A DNA stretch of 64,000 nt. It comes from Zootoca vivipara (lineage: Eukaryota). This document shows, in pieces, positions 23,531-34,389 of this stretch (position 1 is the first letter of the stretch; each line of letters opens with the position of its first letter). A program made the position numbers and the translations under genes. The DNA lies in the NCBI RefSeq assembly GCF_963506605.1, contig NC_083287.1:58590001-58654000 (forward strand), written 5' to 3'. A model generated the notes under the pieces. That model was not told where the DNA came from and searched no databases. It was given only the letters and a program-made list of their open reading frames with translations.

Positions 23531-25139
23531 TGAGATCGCACAGGGGTGAGGGAAGTTGGGAGAGAGGGAGGGGGGTAACGAATGGAAGGAGGCAATGATT
23601 GGAGGGGGTAAATTGGAGGAGGGTATAGGGGGATGAATTAAAGGAAAATGAAGACTGAGAAGCGCAGTTTTTGTTTTTTAAAGATGCAGGGGCTTGCAAT
23701 CAGCCAAAGTATAGAGCCCAACTTCCAGGAGACTGCGATCTACTCGCGGACTTATAAACTGGAGGTGATCTACCCCCGTTTTATTGGGGTTCAGGTCAAA
23801 ATTGTTTTTAGAGAGAGGAAATGTCCCATTTTTGAGGTTAAAGTAAAAGTTCCTGACCTTTTTTTTTATAATGAGGAATTGCTGCTAAAACTCCGTTCTT
23901 CATTCCACGAAGGGGAGAGGGTGTGGGTGCTCAAAGACTGACCACTAATGAAGAACCGTATGTTATAAGTATTCCGGCAAATGTATTCTGCTATTTCTGA
24001 GATATACAAATCATATGAGAAGACTCAGTCTACCTATTTCTATCCTTTAATTTATTATTCCTATTACCCTTGTTTTTAAAAAGCAAATTAAAAGGTATTC
24101 CAAAAAGTAAAGAAAACGGCAACACACGGAGGCCCCATCTGCGTTGAGTCGTGGCTTCTAGTGCTGCGCGATGGATCATTGGAATGGCATTCTGATCACA
24201 GAACTGGTTTTAGACATTTTGAGCTGTGCTGGCCGGGGATCTGTAATCTATTCCTAGCTCAGATTGCCTGCAGATGACAAAAGCGCAGGCAGGTAGGTGG
24301 GGGAGGCAGAAAAGGTGCTTCCCTTCTCCATCTCCATCCATCCATCCACCTGCCTGCCTCCCCCCCCCCAAGCTGAGCAAGCCCCAATACCTCTGGAACT
24401 CACCAGAACTCTTGGAAGTCCCTGGGAGGGGAAGCACAGAAGTTGTGGGGAAGGATGAGGGAGACAACCTGACCAGGTCAACCGTCCATCTTCCCCCTTC
24501 CATCCTTGCTAGCTTGGCAGGATCCGTCTCTTTCATCCTTCCTGAGGAGTCGAGAAGCCAAAACAAGCTGCAGGGTCCTGGGAGAGAGGAAGAAGCAAAG
24601 GGAGCCTCAGAGGCCCTGCAGGGATTATCCTGCCCTAGATGTTCTCCTGCCCCTGGAGAAGCACAAATGGGGCAGCCCCTTCCCAACAGAAGCCCTATTT
24701 CTAAACATCTCCAGTGGTTCCAATTTCACCCGTTTGCTCCTCACCCTACTTTATAAGGCTGGCATGGTCTGCACAGTAGTGACCTGAGCGCAGATCCCAT
24801 TGAACTCAATGGGGATTATGGACAGAACTTGGTGCTAAAACCAGTCACCATTCTGTCCCCAGGCCTGAAAACTGCAGCCCCAGAGCATGGGCAGAAAGCA
24901 GACTAGTAGTTATTACATGCTAGGTGCTTTATATGGAGAGCCCTGTTGACACTCTTTGAGCTCTCTCATGGCAAGCCAGGCAGATGTTGTGGCCCCATTT
25001 GCCTCTGTCTGGGGTTCCAGGGGGACCAAATCTGTATGTGGAAGCAGAGGAGCTGGAGATGCCATGTTTTTCAAATATCATGAGATGAATACACCACTCC
25101 TCCTTAGATATTGTCTGTGTTTATACACCATCTTTGCAA
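23531..25139 (+). repeat. Duplicated block B (copy B' at 28237-28752 plus 37266-38360)
   Basis: Colinear match once the hAT insertion is removed; empty site TATCCTTTAATTTATTATTC at ~24042. Confidence 0.9.
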
Positions 25140-25668
25140 TTAATGGACCTCTCAAGAACATTGTCCAATCAGGGGAGGCTGGCAACTGGCCTGCAGTTCC
25201 TTAGATTTCCCAAATCCAGGGAGGGTTTCTTGAGGTGTGGTTGGTTCCACCCCTGCCTCCTTCAAGCTGGAAGGGGGACCCCCCCCCACTCTCAAAGGAA
25301 GGCATTGACCACCTCCCTGGCCCAGCCAGCTGTCTCCTCCCGGCTATTTCTTGTCATCCAAGAGGGACAAAGGTCCAGACTCCAAGTTGTTGCGCTTATT
25401 GATCCGAGCACTTAGTCCACATCCTCCAGCCTTACTAACTGAAACTCATCCAACACAACAGGACTAGACTGTGCTCTGCGACACCCCAAGAGATTCATCA
25501 GCTGTTACAGCAAACTCAAGGTCTTGGTGGATTCAAGCGATTTTATCCTCAAAAGGATTTGCAAAAAAGGTCACAGTGAGCTGCTGTCAACTGTAAAGGA
25601 TCCCACACTACCTGGAGCAGCTCTGCTGGCTGGCACAATGAGGGGGCCATGGTTGCTTCTTTGCTGCC

Positions 25669-25855
25669 TTCACTGCCACTAGGAAGTGTGTCCAGGATGA
25701 GCCCTCACCAATCAGGTTTTTCCTCCGCTCCCATTTGAGCCATCTCCCAGCTTCTTTCCTCGCCCTGACCTAAGCACTGGAGTTTACCAGGTTTAACTCT
25801 GCACTGCATAAAGCAGCACTTTCTTTTCTTTGCCCTTCGTCTTCCAATGTTCCTC

Positions 25856-25904
<49 letters not shown>

Positions 25905-27483
25905 TATTTCACTTCTATACCGCCTTATATTTTTAAGAAAAATCTCAAAGCCGTTTACAGCATATTAAACATCAGTAAAACAATCCAGAATCAAACACTC
26001 CTGAAGAAAGTCAGATATAAAGCATACAGTCCAAGCAACATAATTAACAGGAAACTAAAATCTTATCTTAAAATATTTCAAAATAAAACATTACAAAGGA
26101 GGTCACCTACAGTATACATATTTAGCACAAAGTGAACAAAAAAACCCCCCCTTAAACATTTCAAAAGAAAACATCGCTAAGGGAAGTCAGATATAGAATA
26201 CATATAAATTATTTGCATCACCTAATCACTCTATAATTCCACTGTAATCAGTTTTGTCTGACATATTTGCAAATCCACTTATAACTGGGTATTAAAGGTG
26301 GACCTGTATTGCAAGCAGTTCACTCCTTCCTTCATTGCATAGCTCAGTTTTCGCAGGTTTTTTGTTTTTGCCGTCTGTTTTGTCTGAATGTCCAAGTCGG
26401 CTACGACTTCTGTTAATAAAGGCGACTTTTTCATCCATCTTAATGGGGCTGATTTGCATGCTCTCAGACTTTTCCTGACCCGAAGACCCTCCCCCAAAGT
26501 GGCAGGCAGCGTCCTGAGCCCTAGAGAGCAGAGTTGCCGCAGAGTCAGACCCACAGCAGAACTCTCTATCTGGCTCTGCAGAGAGGAAGGGGGCAGGCGA
26601 CGCCCACCCACACCCCCTCCCTCTGCCCGGCAGCCCTGGAGCCCCTTCTCTTCCCCCCCCAGCGCCCCCTAAGTGGGGAGAGAGGGGAGACTCACCAGTT
26701 CCCAGGAGGCGCCCCCGAAGCAGCGCAGCCGCAGGAAAAAGACCAACCCTGCACGCCCCGCCCCTTGCAGGAAGAGAGGGGCTCTTGCTCTGGAGGACCC
26801 GCCCCCTCCTTCATTTCCTGCCCTCTCTAGGAATCCAGCTCAGCTCCTTTTAACCCTTGCAAAGCCGAGGGCAACAAAGCCACCCCTCTCCCCCTCTCTG
26901 CGCCCTGTGCTGGATTCTCTCTGGAAAGGGACCCGAGGGTCATCTAGGCCAACCCCCCTGCAATGCAGGAATTGCACTCGCAACCGTTCCTGGGTCAGCT
27001 CGAAGCGCCAATTTTCTGGTTAATTGCCAGACACACTGATTCATTGTTGTGTGTGTGTGTGTGTGTGTGTGTGGTTTGTTTGTTTTCTTAATTAATAAAG
27101 TCTTTATTGATTAAAATGATTAAAATGGAGAGTTGCAAAAAAGCAATCAATGAAAAAAGCAAAGAATAAGAAAGAAATAAAGTAAACATACATACATGGA
27201 TACAATCACAAAACATACAAATTCAAACACCCATTCTTATATAAACACATTCCTCTTTCTACTATTTACATTGTTTCTACTTTCTTTTGACCTCCAGTTA
27301 TACTTGCTGCATTATATATTAACTAGGTCCTTCCGCACAGTTATTTGTCTTGGTTACCTTTTTCCTTATTTTATTCATAGTCTCTATCGTATTTGTCGTT
27401 TCACATGATAATTAATCAGAAACAAAGTCACACAACTTATAAAAGCCAAACTTCCATTTTTCCCTTCTGGTCTGCTGCAATGT
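25669..27483 (+). repeat. Duplicated block A'
   Basis: Copy of 14548-16625 lacking the 90-bp MITE. Confidence 0.93.
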
Positions 27484-27500
27484 CCTCCGTTCTGGTCTGC

Positions 27501-28236
27501 TTTCTCCTCCTCCGTTCCTCTCCCCAAGCCGCGGACAGGAAGGAGGCATCCCGGGGTTCGGAGAAGCGCTTGCGCAGCGCTTCTCCGAACCCCGGGACCT
27601 GTCCTTGCTGTCGGCGTCAGGGGGACAGGAACGGAGGAGAAGAAAGCGCTGCTTTCTCCTCCTCCGTTCCTCTCCCCAAGCCGCGGACAGGAAAGAGGCA
27701 CCCCGGGGTTTGGAGAAGCGGCGTCAGGGGGACAGGAACGGAGAAGAAAGCGCTGCTTTCTCCTCCTCCGTTCCTCTCCCCAAGCCACGGACAGGAAGGA
27801 GGCATCCCGGGGTTCGGAGAAGCGCTTGCGCAGCGCTTCTCCGAACCCTGGGACCTGTCCTTGCTGTCAGCGGCAGGGGGACAGGAACGGAGGAGAAGAA
27901 AGCACTGCTTTCTCCTCCTCCGTTCCTCTCCCCAAGCCGCGGACAGGAAAGAGGCACCCCGGGGTTTGGAGAAGCGCTTGCGCAGCGCTTCTCCGAACCC
28001 CGGGACTTGTCCTTGCTGGACGCACACACGTGCGCGCTCCCCCCCCCGCCAACGCTGTCTGGCTGGGATCAGCGGTTGGCGGCCGCAGGGAAACGGTAGG
28101 TGGGGGGGGAGAGCGCGCGTGTGTGTGCATCCTGTCTCTCCGTCGAATCCCTGTGTCTCTGGGGTACATGCGCAGTACCCCAGGGACACACGGGACAACT
28201 TGGACGCAGGGACAATTTGGACTTTATTATATAGGA
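27501..28236 (-). mobile_element. Non-autonomous Helitron 5' portion with internal palindromic minisatellite
   Basis: Minus strand starts A|TCCTATATAATAAAG; paralogous empty site (23530-23531) is AT with no TSD; ~150-bp GC-rich tandem units at 27501-28018; 3' CTRR end missing. Confidence 0.75.
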
Positions 28237-29067
28237 TGAGATCGCACAAGGGTGAGAGAAGTGGGGAGAGAGGGGTGTAAGGAATGGAAGGAGGCAATGA
28301 TTGGAGGGGGTAAATTGGAGGAGGGTATAGGGGGCTGAATTAAAGGAAAATGAAGACTGAGAAGCGCATGGTTTTTGTTTCTTAAAGATGCAGAGACTTG
28401 CAATCAGCCAAAGTATAGAGCACAACTTCCAGGAGACTGTGATCTACTTGCGGACTTATAAACTGGAGGTGATCTACCCGTTTTATTGGGGTTAATGTCA
28501 AAGTTGTTTTTAGAGAGAGGAAATGTCCCATTTTTGAGGTTAAAGTAAAAGTTCCTGACCTTTTTTTATATAATGAGGAAATGCTGCTAAAACTCCGTTC
28601 TTCATTCCACGAAGGGGAGAGGGGGCGGGTGCTCAAAGACTGACCACTAATGAAGAACCATGTTATAAGTATTCTGGCAAATGTATTCTGCTATTTTTGA
28701 GATATACAAATCATATGAGAAGACTCAGTCTACCTATTTCTATCCTTTAATTCAGGGGTTCCCAACAAAATTTTCTCGAGGACCCCTCATCAAGCCGCTA
28801 TTGTGACAAGGACCCCCATTAAAAAACCAATTTCCAAGTAATCAGAGTTATATTTTCTAATTTTTCCAGTAAGCTTAACACTGATCTTGGAAGGGTTAGG
28901 TTCAATGGACACTGACAAGATCGGTTCGAGAGTCACTGACTTACTTGTTTGAACATCAAATGCATTATCTTCCTCTTCATCTGTAGGCCTTTGTCATTTT
29001 AACGAACCACTTTTTAACCAACGGTCCATTTTTAACTACGCGAACTGTAGTTTCCGCGAAAAACAAC

Positions 29068-29494
29068 TGTCACAGTGGCCGGAGCGGGCTACTTCAGAGT
29101 AACGACTCTACACAGCTCTGCATTTTATCTTTTATTGGTGCTGCGTATTTACAGTGCTGAAGGCAATGCTATTTACACGGACAGATGTTCTCAGCTTGAA
29201 TCAGAACCTCCGAATGGCGTTTGGCGCGTTTTTCTCCAACACAACAACTTGGGGAGACCCATCCTCTTCCCTCTCCGCTTTCTGCGCAATTCCGGAGTTG
29301 GGGGGATGGGTCTGCCCCCCTTGCTTGCCCCTTCCTGTCCCACCTGGGACCCTGGCTCCGCTACTTTGTCTGAGCCTCGGACATGACTTCCTGCTTCCCC
29401 ACTGGAATCGGAACTCTCTCTGCTTTCCCCTGCGCTCGGGGATGGGCTTGAACTCAGGAGGGGAGGGACTTCGCGATATCCCCTGTCCCTCACA
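29068..29494 (-). repeat. 3' LTR
   Basis: Direct repeat of 36434-36860; adjacent to PPT. Confidence 0.97.
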
Positions 29495-32017
29495 TCCACC
29501 CCCCTCCCAAGCCCCCCTTCTCCCCTCCCAGGGGGCCCCCTGGGTGTCGGTGACGACTGAAAGCCTAAAAACTCTGTACTTTCCGAGCCCGTTGGTGTGA
29601 ACACCTCCCCCCAGTCCTGCGAGCTCCCTCCTTCCACCTGGGAGGACTGAAATCCCAAAAAGTCCGTGGCGTCAGAGCTGGTGGGGGTAAAAATGCGCTG
29701 CCAGTCTGCCTCTTCCTCTGACAGGGTGGACCTCGGAGACGCCCATACTTCTTCCTCCTGGTCCTCAAACTCCGCTTCCCATCCCCATGGCGAACTGCTC
29801 TCCACTCCTTCCTCCCCCTCCCCCTCCCTTTCCATGTACCAGGGCTTGGGCCTGTGTGGGAAGAGGGCGTGAAATTCTTCCACCAAGAATTCCTCCTGTA
29901 TCTGAGTGGCTGGGACCCATTCATTCTGGGACGGCGGGGCATCCTCCCATGCCATGAGGTACTCCAGGCCCCCCACCCCTCTCCGTGAATCAAGGATGGC
30001 CGTGGCCTCATTGAGTTGCTCCCTGCCTCCCCTCTCCCCCCCTCCCTCGGGGGTCTGTTCGCTGTTTCGGAGCCTGCTGCTTTCCCTGTACGGCGACAGC
30101 AGCGATCTATGAAATACTGGATGCACCCTCATGTTCTCTGGCAGTGCCAGCCTGAAGGCAACCGGGTTGACCTGTTGCGTGACCGTGAAGGGGCCCAGCC
30201 GTCTGGGTGCCAGCTTTTTGCACCTCCCTCTGGTGGGAAGGCCCTCCGAGGACAACCAAACCTTGTCCCCCACCCTGATGACCTCCCCTTGTCGCCTGTG
30301 GCGATCTGCCCCCTTCTTGTACGCTTCCTTGGCTCTCTCCAAGTTTTCTCTGAGCTGCTGGTGCACCGTCTCCAGTTCCTCTGCCCAATCCTCTGCCTGT
30401 GGGCCCTCCTCCTCCTCCTCCCCCTCCCTCTCTGGGAAAGATCTGAGGTCGCGCCCGTAATTGGCCTTAAAGGGCGACACCCCTGTGGAGACGTGCACTG
30501 CATTATTGTAGGCAAATTCTGCCAGTGGCAGGCGATCCACCCAGTCCGTTTGCCTCTGGCTGACGTAGCATCTCAGGTACTGCTGCAGAATGGCGTTGAC
30601 CCTCTCCGCCTGTCCGTTGGTCTGCGGGTGCCGAGCCGTCGACAAGCTGACCTCCACCTGCAGGAGGTTCATGAGCCGCCGCCAGAACCTGGAAACAAAT
30701 TGGCGGCCTCTATCCGAAATAACTCTTAAAGGTAATCCATGCAGTCTGAATATGTGGTCAACAAATAGTTTGGCTGTCTCTTCTGCAGAGACCGCTCTGG
30801 CACACGGTATAAAATGGCACATTTTGGACATAAGGTCCACCACCACCAACACTGCGGTCTTGCCCCTGGACGAAGGCAGGTCTGTGATGAAGTCCATGGA
30901 CACCACTTCCCACGGCCTGTGCGGTGTGGCTAAGGGCTCCAGCAACCCTGCTGGCGCTGCTCTGACCACCTTTGCTCGCTGGCAGGTGTCACAGCCCCTT
31001 ACATAGTCCCGAACATCCTCCCGCACCCCTGGCCACCAGAAGTGTCTCATGACTAGGTGAGTGGTTTTGTCCCTTCCAAAATGACCGGCCGTTGGGTTGT
31101 CGTGCATCTGCTTGAGGACCTTACCTCTGAGCTGGATGGTGGGCAGGTACAGTGCACCCTTGTAGAAAAGCAGCCCCCTGCGTTCTGCAAAGTCTTTTGC
31201 CTGCTCCCTCCCCCCTCGCAGCTCTCTGAAGATGCGTTTGGCGAACTCATCTGCTGCCGTCAGTGCTGTGAGTTCCGCCTCGCTCACCACTGCTGCTCCG
31301 CAGGACCATGCCGACGGGGGAAACACGTGTCGGGGTGCTGGTGGCAACTCCTCCTCCATGTACTCTGGTTTGCGGGAGAGGGCATCCGCCCTGACATTCT
31401 GCTCCCCCGGTATGTAGTGGATGGAGAAGTTGAAGTGCGAGAAGAACTCTGCCCACCGTATCTGCCGCTGGTTGAGCACCCTGGCCGTTCTCCAGAACTC
31501 CAGGTTCTTGTGGTCTGTGCACACCTGAATGGGGTGCTTGGCGCCCACCAGGAAGTGTCTCCAGTGCTGGAACGCAGAGTGGATCGCGAGAAGTTCCTTA
31601 TCAAACACCGTGTAGTTGCGCTCCGGCTGGGTCAGCTTTCTGGAGAAGAAGGCACAGGGTCTCCACTCCCTGTTGGCATCCAGTTGCAGCAAAATGGCGC
31701 CCACAGCTCTGTCTGAAGCGTCTGTCTCCACGCGAAGGGGCGCATCCTGTACCACGTGGAACAAGTTCTGGTCTGAGGTGAACACCCTCTTGAGGCTTTT
31801 GAACGCTGCTTGCGCCTCTGGTGTCCACCTGAACTTCTGCTTGCCTCTCAGGCAGTCCGTGATGGGGGCCGTAACGCAAGAGAAGTTCTTGATGAACTTC
31901 CTGTAGAAGTTGGCGAAGCCTAGTAGGTGTTGGGCATCTTTGCGCGTCCTGGGGCTGTGCCAGTCCAGGATGGCCTGCACCTTGTCCTTGTCCATCGCTA
32001 GCCCCTTGTCTGACAGC
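29191..32017 (-). pseudogene. pol: Pol C-terminal part: RT thumb, RNase H, integrase, chromodomain, acidic tail (runs into 3' LTR)
   Basis: ETDASDRAVG, ERNYTVFDKELLAI, TDHKNL; HHCC (HDNPTAGH..CDTC); SMDFI, SDRG, NGQAERVN; LGPF; YLMAW..NEW chromo motif; 934-aa open frame. Confidence 0.92.
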
Positions 32018-32019
32018 TT

Positions 32020-33999
32020 CCGTGTTTCCCCTTTTTAAATACGTACTCATAAAGTAAGCCAGGGCAGCAATTTTAAGCATTTGAGCAATATAAGACATAC
32101 CCCGAAAATAAGACATACCCCCATGCCTGCCAGCTCGGGGCCTGGAACCAGCTGCTGCAGCATGGAACGCTCAGCAGCGGTGGGCAAAGCAAGGAAGCAG
32201 AGCGCGGAGATACGGATTAGCTGTAGCACGAGAATCAGCTGTTCCTGGCTCAGCTGCAGCGCGCGCCTACCGGTAGCTAAGTCAGCCGTGAGGAGGGAAA
32301 ATGGCGTTTAAAAACGCCGTTTGAAGTGATTTCAGCCTGCCACCCCGCCACCCGGAACCGGCTGCTGCAGCGCAGAGCGCTCAGCAGCGCCCGGGTGGAG
32401 CGGCCAGCAGCGCAGACGGGAGCACCCACTGGCGCGGACGGAGCGCTCAGCAGCGGCGGGGCGGCAGGCCTCCTTGGCAGGGCCAGGAAGAGATGAGGCC
32501 GCTGGCTAGGGCGCTCCTGACCCCAGCCGCTTCCACGCGGCAGCAGGAAAAGAGCCGTGCGGCCACATGGAGAGGCGAGCGCCCGAGCGGGAGACGCGCG
32601 CTCTGCAAAGCTCCGCACTCACTTCATCTGCCCGCCGGGAAAGCGAAGTGGGGAAGAGAAAAAGAGAAAAAAACTGAAGCGGCTCTTTTTCTCTTCCCCA
32701 CTTTGCTTGGGGAGGCGAGCGCCCGAGCAGGAGACGCGCGCTCTGCAAAGCTCTGCACTCACTTCATCTGCCCGACGGGAAAGCGAAGTGGGGAAGAGAA
32801 AAAGAGCTTTGCAGAGCGCGCGTCTCCTGCTCAGGCGCTCGCCTCTCCAAGCAAAGTGGGGAAGAGAAAAAGAGCCGCTTCAGTTTTTTCTCTTCCCCAC
32901 TTCGCTTTCCCGTCGGGCGGATGAAGTGAGTGCAGAGCTTTGTAGAGCGCGCGTCTCCCGCTCGGGCTCTCGCCTCTCCAAGCGAAGTGGGGAAGAGAAA
33001 AATCAAGTGTGGAAGACCCTCTGTTAATGGTAGAAAATGGGTGGATTTCTTGCCTTTTCCAGTCCTAGAATGCTATGCTTAATATTAATTATGCAAAGCA
33101 GTAATATGTATGCAATCATGTGTATGCAAATACCTTTAATTAACATAACTTGCTCAATTGGCATATTTTCTTCTTAACCAAATATTTGAGTATTAGGAGA
33201 ATTTACAGTTCTTTTGGCAGAGGGTGGTGGAATGGCTGGATGAAATGCATGCATGGGTGGTAATAGGAGAACAAAGATGAAGGGCACAAAGGTGGACCAG
33301 GAGGCTAGGAAGAGCCACCCAACCTTACTGCCCTAAGAAGTGTAGCCTTCTGGAGATAAGTGCTCCAATGCAGAAATTTATGGTGGGTGCAGGAGCCCTG
33401 GCTCTCCCATGGGTTAGCATGTTCTCTTGAGCACATTGATCTTTTCTCTCTACTGAAATTAGTGGAGCATCCTATGCTTATTCGAGGTCTCTGTGTGCAT
33501 CACATCTCCAGGCCGTGGCTCAGTTGCAAAGAATCTGCTTTGCATGCAGAAGGTCCCAGGTACAATCCCCAGAATCTCCAGGTAGGACTGGGAGAGACTT
33601 CCCACCTGAAATCCTGCAGAAGAGCCATTGCCAATCAGTGTAAACAACACTGAGCTGGATTGACAATCGTCTGACTAGGTCTAAGGCAGCTTCTTATGGT
33701 CTGGATGGGTATTTTCGGATATTCTCTATGAAAACTAGACACATGTTTTAGAAAAAAGCTAAATTATGCACCTGATGCCATACATACTTCTGTCCATGCA
33801 TAACTAATGATGTTGATGATGGTGATGATGGAGTCATATTTATAGTGGATCACAAACTGGATGTGCCAGAAAGTGTCATGTGTGATTGCACTGACTACTA
33901 GAACACCAAGCCTTAAGACATCCCCTGAAAATAAGACACCGTGTGTTTTTTTGAGGAAAAAAAGTTATAAGACGGTGTCTTAAAAAAGGGAAAACACGG
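32020..33999. mobile_element. ~2-kb non-autonomous Tc2/pogo-like DNA element inserted in RT
   Basis: TIR CCGTGTTTCCCCTTTTT/AAAAAAGGGAAAACACGG, subterminal AAAATAAGAC repeats; removal restores GYKLSDKG; 2-bp duplication is TT. Confidence 0.85.
33510..33700 (+). mobile_element. Old tRNA-derived SINE fragment inside the Tc2-like element
   Basis: GGCCGTGGCTCAGTTG..GCATGCAGAAGGTCCCAGGTACAATCCCC; similar relic at ~43400-43545. Confidence 0.6.
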
Positions 34000-34001
34000 T
34001 T

Positions 34002-34388
34002 GTAGCCCAGGAAGTCCACTTCCCTGGTGTGAAACTTGCACTTCTCCAGCTTCACATACAGGTGGTTCTCCTTCAGGCGCTGCAACACCTCTCTGACATC
34101 CTTCACATGCTGCACTGGGTCATTGGAGTAAATAAGGATGTCATCTAGGAAGACCAAGCAGTTCTTGAAGAGGAGGGACCCCAGGACGTGGTGCATGAAG
34201 GCCTGGAAGCATGCTGAGCCCCCTTGCAAACCGAAGGGCATCACCAGATATTCAAAAGAGCTCAGCGGCTTGAACATCGTGGTCTTCCACTCATCGCCTT
34301 CCCTGATCCTGATCAAGTTGTACGCCCCCCTCAGGTCGAGCTTGGTGAAGATCTTGCCCCTGCGTGCTGCTGTCAGGAGATCGTCCAC
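34002..34388 (-). pseudogene. pol: Reverse transcriptase core
   Basis: KLDLRGAYN, VMPFGL, FLDDILIYS; frameshifted from upstream ORF at ~34390. Confidence 0.92.
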
Positions 34389-34389
34389 T

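Noticed and set aside
25085-25125. SKEEWC as a hidden KRAB exon for ZNF-B (also ~38315)
   Set aside because: Only EEW matches; no FEDVAV or LLDPxQR and no 127-nt exon boundaries.
27501-28018. Palindromic repeats resembling a CRISPR array
   Set aside because: Eukaryotic DNA, no unique spacers, no cas genes; it is a Helitron-internal minisatellite.
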